This document shows positions 26,821-35,103 of a stretch of 64,000 bases of DNA, one piece after another; the stretch's first letter is position 1; the number at the start of each line of letters is the position of its first letter. Made by a program: the position numbers and the translations under genes. This DNA is from a virus (Duplodnaviria > Caudoviricetes). The notes beneath the pieces are model-generated. The model was not told the DNA's origin. It searched no databases and saw nothing but the letters and a program-made list of their open reading frames with translations. The stretch covers positions 7,716 through 71,715 of IMG/VR virus record IMGVR_UViG_3300028906_000001. One strand, 5' to 3'.

Positions 26821-27339
26821 GTGCGCAAGGCGGTCATGATCCTGCTGGCCCTGCTGGCCATCCGGCTGCTGCCCAGGGCGCTGCGCCGGGAGGCCCGCGC
26901 GCTCGAACTGCTCACCCTGCTGTTCCAGATGACCGCCGCGGCCGCGACATCCAAGACGGTGGCCGTCGAGACGCGCACCGCCAACCTGGAACTCGCCACC
27001 CGCTCGGCAGCCGCCAAGGTCGCCGCCCAGAAAGGGCAGACCACCGCGTTCAGCAACCTGGCCCAGACCGAGACCGGGTCCGCGACGGTGTTCGGCGGGG
27101 AACCTACCATCCAGACCGGGACACCCCCGCAGACCGGCCAGTACACCGTGACGTCCAGCGGGCAGACCGGCGGCGCGGCGGCGCACACCCACACGGTCAC
27201 GCTGCCGTTCCTCAACCCGGACAACCACACCCACGGCTACGGGCACTCGCACTTCAACCAGGTCGCCGGCGACTTCAACAACCTCGTCGCGCAGCTCAAC
27301 ACGATGCGGTCCGCGCTGATCGGCGCCGGGCTCCTGTGA
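26821..27339 (+). CDS. Small fibre-like virion protein
   Basis: AHTHTV, NHTHG and GHSH HxH motifs. C-terminal DFNNLVAQLN.MRSALIGAGLL. Confidence 0.6.
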   Translation: MRKAVMILLALLAIRLLPRALRREARALELLTLLFQMTAAAATSKTVAVETRTANLELATRSAAAKVAAQKGQTTAFSNLAQTETGSATVFGGEPTIQTGTPPQTGQYTVTSSGQTGGAAAHTHTVTLPFLNPDNHTHGYGHSHFNQVAGDFNNLVAQLNTMRSALIGAGLL

Positions 27340-27349
27340 ACGGAGAATC

Positions 27350-27640
27350 ATGCTGATCAAGTGCAAGACCGGCGGCGAGATGATCGAGGTCGCCGAAGGC
27401 CAGGACCCGCACACGGCGCTCGACGCCACCGGGTGCTCCCACTGCCTGGACGGCCACGGGCCGGACGTGCACTGCGGGCAGACGGCTCAAGCCTGCTACC
27501 AGGCTCGCCTGGACGGGCAGCCGCTCCACGACGGGCCGTGCTGGAACCCGCCGGACGTCCCGGAGCGGCCAGACGGGTGCACCGTGTGCAGGCCGGTCCT
27601 GTTCATGGGCAACGCCACCTTCGTGAGCGGGGCGGTCTAG
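27350..27640 (+). CDS. Cys/His-rich hypothetical protein
   Basis: RBS ggag. CSHC, HC...C, C...CTVC. Confidence 0.6.
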   Translation: MLIKCKTGGEMIEVAEGQDPHTALDATGCSHCLDGHGPDVHCGQTAQACYQARLDGQPLHDGPCWNPPDVPERPDGCTVCRPVLFMGNATFVSGAV

Positions 27641-27993
27641 GGCTGCCACTCCGGCCGGCAGTCCGGATGGTCGTTCCACGCGGCGGCAAGGTTGGGCAGC
27701 ACGAAGTCCTCGTACTCGCGGGCCTGATCCCGCGCGACCGCTGCCGGGTAGTCCGGGTTCTCCATGCGGGCGAGGCAATCCTGGTAACGGGCCAGGGTGC
27801 GTCGGCCCCCCTCGACTTCGCGGAGCACGCGGGCCGGGTCGTGGCGGGCGATGTGGACGGTGTGAGCGATCGAGGGACGCTCGCCGAACGGCTCGGCTAC
27901 ATATCGCCAGTCCCACTCAACGCCCCATGCCGCCTTCGCCGCCGCCTCGTCCTCGTCCAGCCGGGCCGTTATGAAAGCGGTCAGGTCATCCAC
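27637..27993 (-). CDS. DUF6221-like protein, antisense moron
   Basis: DLTAFITARLDEDE...HIARHDPARVLREVE...LAAAWNDHPD..PEW. Confidence 0.8.
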   Translation of the reverse strand: MDDLTAFITARLDEDEAAAKAAWGVEWDWRYVAEPFGERPSIAHTVHIARHDPARVLREVEGGRRTLARYQDCLARMENPDYPAAVARDQAREYEDFVLPNLAAAWNDHPDCRPEWQP

Positions 27994-28027
27994 GCACGCC
28001 ACCTTACGGGGAAACGGAGCCGATCCC

Positions 28028-28486
28028 GTGGCCAACATGACCGACCAGGCGTTCGTCAACAAGCTGCTGCAGGCATTCTTCACGGCGTCCGCGACCACCA
28101 CGTTCACGCCCGGCACCGGCGGCGGCTCAGCGTTCATCGTCACCCCTCCGTTCCACCTGCGGCTCATGACCGCCACCGGCACCAACACATCCAACGGCAC
28201 CGAGGCGACCGCCGGCGGCTGCCCCGGCTACGTCGCGCTCGGGTCCTCGTTCGGGTCCTCCGCGTTCGGGACGCCGTCCGGCGGCCAGCAGACCAACAAC
28301 AACGCGGTCAACTGGTCCGCGACCGGCACGTGGGCCACCATCACCGGCATCGAGGTCTGGGACACTGCCGCCACGCCCATCCGGTACCTGCAAGGGGCGC
28401 TCACGTCGAACATCACCGGGGTCTCGAACGGAGATACGGTCTCCTTCGCTGTAGGCAGTGTCACGGTGAATAGTTCCGCCTGGTAG
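28028..28486 (+). CDS. Virion structural protein, paralog of 7844..8296
   Basis: HLRLMTA...GTE...GY...TNNNAVNW...WATITGIEVWD...V..GDTVSFAVGSV. Confidence 0.65.
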   Translation: MANMTDQAFVNKLLQAFFTASATTTFTPGTGGGSAFIVTPPFHLRLMTATGTNTSNGTEATAGGCPGYVALGSSFGSSAFGTPSGGQQTNNNAVNWSATGTWATITGIEVWDTAATPIRYLQGALTSNITGVSNGDTVSFAVGSVTVNSSAW

Positions 28487-28531
28487 AAGGTATATTCCGG
28501 AGGTAGCAGCGACGGGGAAGGGTGAGCGGGG

Positions 28532-29104
28532 ATGGCCGCTGACGACCCCGCCGGAGGCGAAGACCGGCAGATCCCGCACCTGCTGCCCCCGATGCGCCGG
28601 GAGTACTTCGAGCTCGCCATCCCGCTCCGGGAATACTTCGAGGCACTCCGGACCGGCGACCAGGCGCTGCGCGAATCCGAGGCCAGGTTCCTGGCTGAGC
28701 GGGACCGCCGCTACCACGAGGTCTCCGCCGAACGGGACCAGCGGTACGCCGAGGTCAAGGCGGCCGAGGAGAAAGCCCTCAAGGTCAAGGAAACCGCCGA
28801 CCTTAAAGCGCTGGACCTGGCATCCCAGATCCAGACGTACAAGGACGAGAAAGCCAACGAGCTGCGCGAGCAGATCAGCAGCGAGCGGGGCCTGTACGTC
28901 ACCAGGAACGAGCTCGCCAGCGCGGTCCGGGAACTCCAGGCGTCGATCAAGCCGCTGACGGAATACACCGCCGCCGACGCCGGGCGCAGCACCGGCGAGC
29001 AGTACCGCCGGACCGAGCAGCGCCTGGACATGGGGCAGCTCGTCGCCGTGGTCGCGGTCATCGTCGCGATCCTGTCCGTGGTTCTGTACGCGCTGAAGAA
29101 GTAG
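28532..29104 (+). CDS. Coiled-coil protein with a C-terminal TM helix (lysis region)
   Basis: Charged coiled coil, then LVAVVAVIVAILSVVLYAL. Confidence 0.65.
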   Translation: MAADDPAGGEDRQIPHLLPPMRREYFELAIPLREYFEALRTGDQALRESEARFLAERDRRYHEVSAERDQRYAEVKAAEEKALKVKETADLKALDLASQIQTYKDEKANELREQISSERGLYVTRNELASAVRELQASIKPLTEYTAADAGRSTGEQYRRTEQRLDMGQLVAVVAVIVAILSVVLYALKK

Positions 29105-29111
29105 GTGATCC

Positions 29112-29447
29112 GTGGCCGCTCCCGTAGAGACCAAGGTCCAGGCGTCCACGGCCGCTGCCGCCGTGTCCGGGCTGGCGCTTTGGACCTTGGGTCATTACGT
29201 GTTCAAGGCCGGCGTCCCCGATGTGGTGGCCAGCTGGATTTACGTGCTCGTGCCCGCGGCCGTCACCTTCGCGGCGGGGTACCTCGCGAAGCACACCGAC
29301 CGGCCGGTGGCCACGGTCACGGTGCCGGTAGCGGCCGCCGCAGCAGTGGAGAAGACGCTGATCCGTCCCGCCGCGGGCGAGCCGCCGTCGTCGGTCCCGG
29401 GCTTGCTTGCCCCGCCTGTAGCTCCCCCTCCCGCCGCGCCGGAGTGA
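29112..29447 (+). CDS. Holin
   Basis: MAAPVETKVQAST..., two TM helices, FAAGYLAKHT. Upstream of the endolysin. Confidence 0.75.
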   Translation: MAAPVETKVQASTAAAAVSGLALWTLGHYVFKAGVPDVVASWIYVLVPAAVTFAAGYLAKHTDRPVATVTVPVAAAAAVEKTLIRPAAGEPPSSVPGLLAPPVAPPPAAPE

Positions 29448-29526
29448 CCCGGCGCGACCACCCAGCTCCCTGACCTGCGCACTCTACATAGGGGTTCTTG
29501 TTCTGACACCGGAAATGAGGCGCTGA

Positions 29527-30429
29527 ATGATCGTCGACTACTCGACGGCACGGCCGCCCGTGGCGGCCCTGAAGGCGGCCGGGGTCACGGCAGTCGGAAG
29601 ATATATAGGCTGGGACAGCGTGCCCGGCTTCAGCTCGATCGGCAAGAACCTCACCTCAGCCGAGGCGGACGCGCTGCACGCCGCCGGGATCGCGGTGTTC
29701 GCCGCATTCGAGTACGACCCGCAGGCCCCCGCCAAGGGCGAGCCGCAGGGAGCCAGGGACGGCACCCTGGCCGGCCGGCAGCTGGCCGAGCTCGGCGCGC
29801 CGCCGCAGACCGGCGTCTACTTCGCCTGCGACTGGGACATCCCCGACTACGCGCCGAAACTTCCCGACATCAAGGCCAGCGCGAAGGCCAAGCTGGGCCC
29901 CATCGCTGAGTACTTCGCTGTGATCAACGAGCAGAACCCGGCCTACCGGGTCGGTGCCTACGGCGGGTACTACGCGGTCAGGCGGCTGTTCGACGCCGGC
30001 CTGATCAGTCTCGGCTGGCAGACCGTCGCCTGGTCCGGAGGGCAGCGCGACACGCGTGCGCAGCTGTACCAGACCACGGGCAGGGTGTCGATCGGCGGGG
30101 CCGACCTGGACATCCACGAGGGCACCGTGGCCGACTTCGGCCAGTGGCTCCCCGCGGCCTCCGGGCAGCCGCCAGCACCGAAGCCCGCGCCCGCGCCCAA
30201 CTGGACGGAGACCCTCATGCAGACCCTCCCTACCCTCAGCCAGGGCGCGACGGGCGAGGACGTGCGGACGCTGCAGGGCGCGCTGGTGGCCCGGCACTTC
30301 GTGCTGACCGTCGACGGGGTGTTCGGGGCGGCCACGAAGATGACCCTGGTGAACTTCCAGCACGCGGCCGGGCTCACGGCGGACGGCGTGGCGGGCCCGG
30401 CGACGTGGCCGAAGCTGTTCAACCGGTGA
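29527..30429 (+). CDS. Endolysin: DUF1906/GH25-like hydrolase plus peptidoglycan-binding domain
   Basis: DYS...LKAAG...VGRY...KNLT..EA, VYFACD, VGAYG, WQT.AWSGG. C-terminal G.TG.DV..LQ...DG.FG..T...FQ...GL..DG..GP.TW. Confidence 0.9.
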   Translation: MIVDYSTARPPVAALKAAGVTAVGRYIGWDSVPGFSSIGKNLTSAEADALHAAGIAVFAAFEYDPQAPAKGEPQGARDGTLAGRQLAELGAPPQTGVYFACDWDIPDYAPKLPDIKASAKAKLGPIAEYFAVINEQNPAYRVGAYGGYYAVRRLFDAGLISLGWQTVAWSGGQRDTRAQLYQTTGRVSIGGADLDIHEGTVADFGQWLPAASGQPPAPKPAPAPNWTETLMQTLPTLSQGATGEDVRTLQGALVARHFVLTVDGVFGAATKMTLVNFQHAAGLTADGVAGPATWPKLFNR

Positions 30430-30959
30430 GCACGCCCGGCCCGCAGCCAGGCGACTTCGCCGTCGTGTCCATGGGCGGCCAGGGCGGCGCGCTGATCTCC
30501 GCGATGGAGGAGATCGCCTACGACCATTCGACGCACTGGGACCACGCCTTCGTTTACGTGGGCGGCGGGATGATCGTGCAGGCCGAACCGGGCGGCGCGC
30601 AGGTGCGCCCGCTCGGCACCTACGAGTACGCGATCTGGTCGACGGGGATACTCGGCCCGACCGACGCGCAGCGGGACAAGATCTGCGCGTCGGCCCGCTG
30701 GTACGCCCTGCAGCGGACCGGGTACTCGTACCTCGATTACGCAGCCATCGCGGCGCACCGGTTCCATGTGCCCGCGCCGGGCCTGAAGTCGTTCATTGCG
30801 AGCACGCACAGAATGATCTGCTCGCAGTTGACGGATCAATGCTGGAAAGAGGCCGGTTGCCAGCTCTTCGACGACGGCAGGTGGCCCGGCTACGTCTCGC
30901 CCTACAGCCTCGGGACGCTCCTGCAGCGGACCCTCGCGGCGTCCGTCTCACAGCCCTAG
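30426..30959 (+). CDS. Permuted papain-like NlpC/P60 (YiiX/YebB-like) amidase
   Basis: PGDF...HAFVYVG...EA-like QAEP...GYSY...ICSQL; His precedes Cys. Confidence 0.8.
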   Translation: MSTPGPQPGDFAVVSMGGQGGALISAMEEIAYDHSTHWDHAFVYVGGGMIVQAEPGGAQVRPLGTYEYAIWSTGILGPTDAQRDKICASARWYALQRTGYSYLDYAAIAAHRFHVPAPGLKSFIASTHRMICSQLTDQCWKEAGCQLFDDGRWPGYVSPYSLGTLLQRTLAASVSQP

Positions 30960-31537
30960 CTCAACCGCTGCGCCAGGACAAGGCGCTCCAGCTCGGTCAG
31001 GTCCCACGTCGAGCGCACCTCCCACAGATCTCCGGTAAGCCGGCGGATCAGCGCCGGGTCCTCGGGCACGACCCATTCCCACTGGGCTTCCCACAGGACG
31101 TGGCAGGAGCGCAGCCGCGGCCAGTGCGGGCGGTGCCCGGGCGGCACGATCGGCACCATCGCCCGCCCGGCCCTCCACTGCGGGTTGCGCGGCTTGCCGT
31201 CATAGCCGACCGGCACCCTGACCGAGTGGGCGTTGACGAGCGCGCCCTGGTTTACCCCGGTCCAGTCCTGGTCGGCGAATACCATGTCGGTGCCGAACCA
31301 CCGGGCGAAGCACTCGGTGGTCCCGGCGCGGGCGACGGCCAGCTTAGGCATGCCGTTGTCGTGCCAGCCGCCCGCGATGACGGTGCGGCGCAGGCTGATG
31401 ATCGGGCGGCCTTCGGCGGCTGCCTTGTACGCGGCGGCGAGCGCGGCATCCTCAGGGGTGCGGTCCTCGCTGCGGGCGTACTCGGCGGCCTTCTCGGCGG
31501 CCTCGGCGGGATCGACGGTGATCTCGGACAGGTTCAT
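30956..31537 (-). CDS. Hypothetical protein
   Basis: RBS aggagg. 193 aa with good codon pattern. Confidence 0.7.
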   Translation of the reverse strand: MNLSEITVDPAEAAEKAAEYARSEDRTPEDAALAAAYKAAAEGRPIISLRRTVIAGGWHDNGMPKLAVARAGTTECFARWFGTDMVFADQDWTGVNQGALVNAHSVRVPVGYDGKPRNPQWRAGRAMVPIVPPGHRPHWPRLRSCHVLWEAQWEWVVPEDPALIRRLTGDLWEVRSTWDLTELERLVLAQRLS

Positions 31538-31571
31538 GATTCCTCCTCGGTGTTCGCTTCCGATTGTGCGC

Positions 31572-31624
31572 CCGCCCCGCTTCTCCCCGGCCCTCGCGAA
31601 AGGGGAGAAGCGGGGCGGTCTTTT
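31572..31624 (+). terminator. Intrinsic terminator
   Basis: 17-bp perfect stem (31572-31588 / 31602-31618) followed by TCTTTT. Confidence 0.7.
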
Positions 31625-31728
31625 GCGTGCCCGGACGGCGGCTATCGGCCTTCAGGTTCCCGATGCGATTCCGTGAGCAGGCCGATCTTGTAACCGGCTA
31701 TGTCGGACCAGCGCCGCCGCCCGGACGT

Positions 31729-31990
31729 CTACGGTGCCCCCGCGCCAGCCTCGAAGGCCAGGTCGAGTTCCGCCTGCTGCGGTTCCGCGGACTCCAGCGC
31801 GGCCAGGTTCTTGACCATCTGCCGGTAGTAGCTTGGTTTGAGCTCGGCCGCGATAGCGTGGCGGCCTAGCTCAACCGCGGCGTAACCTTCCGACCCGACC
31901 CCGGCGAAGGGCGTGAGCACGGTCTCGCCCGGGTTGGTGCGCATGTCCACGACCCGGCGCGGCACGTCGAGCTGGAGCGGGTGGACGTGC
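31729..31990 (-). pseudogene. C-terminal remnant of a phage N4/N6 DNA methyltransferase
   Basis: HVHPLQLDV...TNPGETVLTPFAGVGSEGY...GRHAIAAELKPSYY. No N-terminal part or catalytic motif. Confidence 0.75.
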
Positions 31991-32224
31991 CACGTTGCAC
32001 TTCGGCTGCTCGGCCAGGATCGCGGCCTTTTCCGCGCGCTCGGCCTCGACGCGCGTGTCGTCGTACCACTCCACCGTCAGCGACCGCACCTCATCCCACC
32101 AGGGCTGGACGGCCTGGTGACCGTTCCACCGGAAAGGGATGCTGTTGGTAATGCCTATATACAGAAGCGTCTCCGCCTCGCCGCGGATCCGGTAGAGCGC
32201 GGTCCGCTCGGGCTGGCCGGTCAC
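31871..32224 (-). CDS. GIY-YIG protein, C-terminus probably truncated or fused
   Basis: ALYRI...LLYIGIT...RWNGH...PWWDEV...AE..AI..E.PK.N. Confidence 0.75.
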   Translation of the reverse strand: MTGQPERTALYRIRGEAETLLYIGITNSIPFRWNGHQAVQPWWDEVRSLTVEWYDDTRVEAERAEKAAILAEQPKCNVARPPAPARRAAPGRGHAHQPGRDRAHALRRGRVGRLRRG

Positions 32225-32526
32225 GACGCCACGCTCCCCGTGCGCCCGCACGCCGCGCAGATGAACCCCGCCGGGGGCTCGCCTTCGCACGTCCTGCACT
32301 CATCGCGTCCGGCGCGGGCAGGAGGGAGCGCCCCCTTGTACTCGATGATCGCTTCCGGCGTTACCCGCAGGTTCGCCCCCTCCTTCACCGCCCTGAGCTT
32401 CCCCGACGTGATGAGATTCCGCACCCGGCGGGTCGAGCACCGGAACATCGCGGCCACCTCGCTGACCGTGTAGAGGCAGAGCGCCTCGAGGCCGACGTCG
32501 ATCTGCGTGCCGGTCGTTTCGGTCAT
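32221..32526 (-). CDS. xis: Excisionase-like HTH protein with a C-terminal Zn ribbon
   Basis: LYTVSEVAAMFRCS...LITSGKLRA..LRV. Divergent from int. CRTC/CAAC. Confidence 0.75.
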   Translation of the reverse strand: MTETTGTQIDVGLEALCLYTVSEVAAMFRCSTRRVRNLITSGKLRAVKEGANLRVTPEAIIEYKGALPPARAGRDECRTCEGEPPAGFICAACGRTGSVAS

Positions 32527-32644
32527 CGCTACGTACCCTCCTGCGGAGACGGCTCCGGTGTTCTCTAGTCACGGTCGACCGTAAATGACTGTATCGGGAG
32601 ACCACTCTATGCCGCTGTGTGCCGCTAGGGGTAGGGTTTCGGTC

Positions 32645-33916
32645 ATGGATTCCGCTCAGAAGGTCACCGGCAAGCCGGCCGGGGCGCGGCCCAACCGCGA
32701 GGGCAAACCCTGGCGGCGCAAAGACGGACGGTGGCAGGCCCGCGCCTACCCGCCCGGCGGCGGCATCGACACCCGCCCCCGCTACGTCTACGGCAAGACC
32801 CGCCGCGAGGCGATGGACAAGCGCGCCGACCTCGAGGCCACCCTCGCGCAGGGACTGCCGGAGGACCCGCACCAGACCGTCGCCGACGCGTTCGCCCGCT
32901 GGCTCGGCACCACCCTCCCGCAGTACGTCCGCGCGGGCCGGATGGCCGTGACGACGATGGACTCCTACCGGGACAACGCCCGGCTGCACATCGTCGCCCC
33001 GCGCGGCGGCATCGGCCACATCAAGCTCACCGAGCTCCGCGCCGACACCGTGCGGGACTGGCAGGACCGGCTCGGCCGCAAGCTCTCCGGCCGGCAGCCG
33101 CGCACCGGGCCGAAGCGCGCCCTGTCGCCGCGGACCGTCGCCTACTGCCGGGAGATCCTGCACAAGATGATCGCCGACGCGATCCGCGACGAGACCGCCG
33201 GGCTGACCCGCAACGTCGTCGACCTCGTAGACCCGCCGAAGGCCGAGCCGGCCGAGCCGGTCATCCTCGCCCCGGCCGAGGTGAGCGCGCTGCTAGTGGC
33301 GATGGCGGAAGACCGGTGGTGGTGCTACTGGCTGGTAGCGTTCCTCCTCGGATTCCGCCGCGGCGAAGGTCTCGGGATGCGCTGGACCGACCTCGACCTC
33401 GACCGGCGGATCTGGACGCCGGGCCTGCAAGTCCAGCGGCAGCGCGGCGAGGCCGACCTGGCCACCGGGAAACGCGGCCGGGGACGCCTGGTGGCCAGGG
33501 AGCTGAAGACCCGCGCCTCGCGGGAGCGGGTCGCGCTGCCCGTCTCCGCCGTCGAGGCGCTGACTCGGTGGCAGCGGGAACAGCGCAAGACGCGGATGGC
33601 CGCGCCAGCGTGGGCGGACCTCGAGCTCGTGTTCACAACGAACCTCGGAACGGCGGTCGAGCCGCGGAACATGAACCGGCAGTGGGAGAAGGTCCGGGCC
33701 CGCGCGGGGATCAGCCGGCCGGCGCGGCTGCATGACCTGCGGCACGCGTGCGCGTCGTACGCGCTGAATGAGGGTGCCGACCTGGAGACGGTGCGGGGCA
33801 TGCTGCGCCACTCGCGGATCAGCACGACGGCGGTGTACGTGCACGCGCTCGAGGATGTGCCGCGCAGGGGTGCCGACGTGATGGACCGGGTGCTCGAAGG
33901 GCTGCGCCGTGGCTGA
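32645..33916 (+). CDS. int: Tyrosine integrase
   Basis: RKDGRW, GFRRGEGLG, LKT, RLHDLRHACAS, LRHSRISTT..YVH. Next to attP. Confidence 0.95.
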   Translation: MDSAQKVTGKPAGARPNREGKPWRRKDGRWQARAYPPGGGIDTRPRYVYGKTRREAMDKRADLEATLAQGLPEDPHQTVADAFARWLGTTLPQYVRAGRMAVTTMDSYRDNARLHIVAPRGGIGHIKLTELRADTVRDWQDRLGRKLSGRQPRTGPKRALSPRTVAYCREILHKMIADAIRDETAGLTRNVVDLVDPPKAEPAEPVILAPAEVSALLVAMAEDRWWCYWLVAFLLGFRRGEGLGMRWTDLDLDRRIWTPGLQVQRQRGEADLATGKRGRGRLVARELKTRASRERVALPVSAVEALTRWQREQRKTRMAAPAWADLELVFTTNLGTAVEPRNMNRQWEKVRARAGISRPARLHDLRHACASYALNEGADLETVRGMLRHSRISTTAVYVHALEDVPRRGADVMDRVLEGLRRG

Positions 33917-34406
33917 GCAGATGGCCTACTGGCTTGATCACGCCGGCGCCATGATCGGCCCGGCACCGCTTGACGACCCGACGGGCTGGGAGAAGTACGC
34001 CGACCGCACTCACCGAATCATGCGCCCGCAGCCCGGCCAGCTCGTCCAGGCGATCTCCTGGTGCGGCCGCCGGGTTCACGAGGTTCCCGGCCGCGGGCCC
34101 GTTGACTGCCGCGAATGTCTCCAGCTGATGGCCGAGGCGTTCGAGGACGCCTACGCCGCCCGGTCCAGGGTGACCGTCAAGCAGCTGCACGCGTGGGGCC
34201 GGTACGCCGAGCGGTGCGACTGCGGCGACGATTCCTGCGAGGGCTGGGCGATGGGCCATCAGCGGGAGGATGCGATCACCGAGGATCAGTTGCTGTCACG
34301 GTTGCGGTCACCCAACCCCATCGGTCGGGAGTCAGAAGGTCACGGCCCGGCGTTCCCGCTGGTGAGAGAAGCGCGCTCGGAGGGACTCGAACCCCCAACC
34401 TTCTGA
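33909..34406 (+). CDS. Hypothetical Cys-containing protein whose 3' end overlaps attP
   Basis: Coupled to int. WCG, CREC, CDC...C. Confidence 0.55.
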   Translation: MAEQMAYWLDHAGAMIGPAPLDDPTGWEKYADRTHRIMRPQPGQLVQAISWCGRRVHEVPGRGPVDCRECLQLMAEAFEDAYAARSRVTVKQLHAWGRYAERCDCGDDSCEGWAMGHQREDAITEDQLLSRLRSPNPIGRESEGHGPAFPLVREARSEGLEPPTF

Positions 34407-34530
34407 TCCGTAGTCGTAGGCAACGATGGACACGGACGGACCAGGCTGCCGTCAGCGCTGGTCACGGGCACTCCTGGCCGCCGTGGTCCGCTGGTGTCCG
34501 CGATCCCGGTTGCTGTCACGGTTGCGGTCA
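34289..34530 (+). repeat. Integrase arm-type sites: 22-bp direct repeat flanking the att core
   Basis: GTTGCTGTCACGGTTGCGGTCA at 34289-34310 and 34509-34530. Each copy is two GTTGC(T/G)GTCA units. Confidence 0.85.
34371..34415 (-). other. attP: attP common core = 3' half of tRNA-Arg(ACG)
   Basis: Minus strand reads GACTACGGATCAGAAGGTTGGGGGTTCGAGTCCCTCCGAGCGCGC (ACG anticodon loop, T-arm, acceptor 3' strand). No 5' tRNA half is present. Confidence 0.9.
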
Positions 34531-35103
34531 AGACAGCCGCCACAGCCAGAGCGTCTTGCGCCCGTGCACCGCATCGGTGGCGTACCGCTTCCGCGACCAC
34601 GCGCCGCCGCCGCTTGATCCGCAGTCGTCGGCCGCCTTCGTCCAGCCGTCGAAACGGTAGAGCTGGCCGTCGTGCCGGGAGTTCAGCGAGTACGAGACGG
34701 CCATCGTGGGCGTCCAGTACGGCCAGCGGGGCGCGGCGACCTCACGCCACAGCCGGAGCGTGACCCGGTTCGCCCAAGGCTCACGCGAGCACAGGCGCCC
34801 GAGCTCGACCAGCTGGCCGCGGTGCATGGTGCGGCGCTCCACGATGACCTCGGTGTCGTCGCCTTCGCCTTCGGTGCGTGTTTCCGTCCAGGCGACATGC
34901 TCGCTGACGGTGGACACGCTCACGGCCACGGAGACGGGCTCCCCGTCGATGTCCAGCACCCACGACTGCGCGCCGAACGGCCGGGTGATCGGGCCGAGCT
35001 CGTGACCCCAGGCGGCCACGAGCCGGTTAGCGCTGGCTAGCGGGACCACGGAAAACCCGGCGACCGGGATCATGCCGAGCTGGACCGCCGGGTCAGCGGT
35101 CAC
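34528..35103 (-). CDS. Mom-like / XF1762-like GNAT-fold DNA modification enzyme
   Basis: VELGRLC...LRLWR...AVSYSLNSRHDGQLYRFDGW...K.LW.W. Confidence 0.62.
   Translation of the reverse strand: MTADPAVQLGMIPVAGFSVVPLASANRLVAAWGHELGPITRPFGAQSWVLDIDGEPVSVAVSVSTVSEHVAWTETRTEGEGDDTEVIVERRTMHRGQLVELGRLCSREPWANRVTLRLWREVAAPRWPYWTPTMAVSYSLNSRHDGQLYRFDGWTKAADDCGSSGGGAWSRKRYATDAVHGRKTLWLWRLS

Noticed and set aside
34371-34415. tRNA-Arg gene
   Set aside because: Only the anticodon loop to 3' end is present; there is no D-arm or 5' acceptor strand. It is the attP core.
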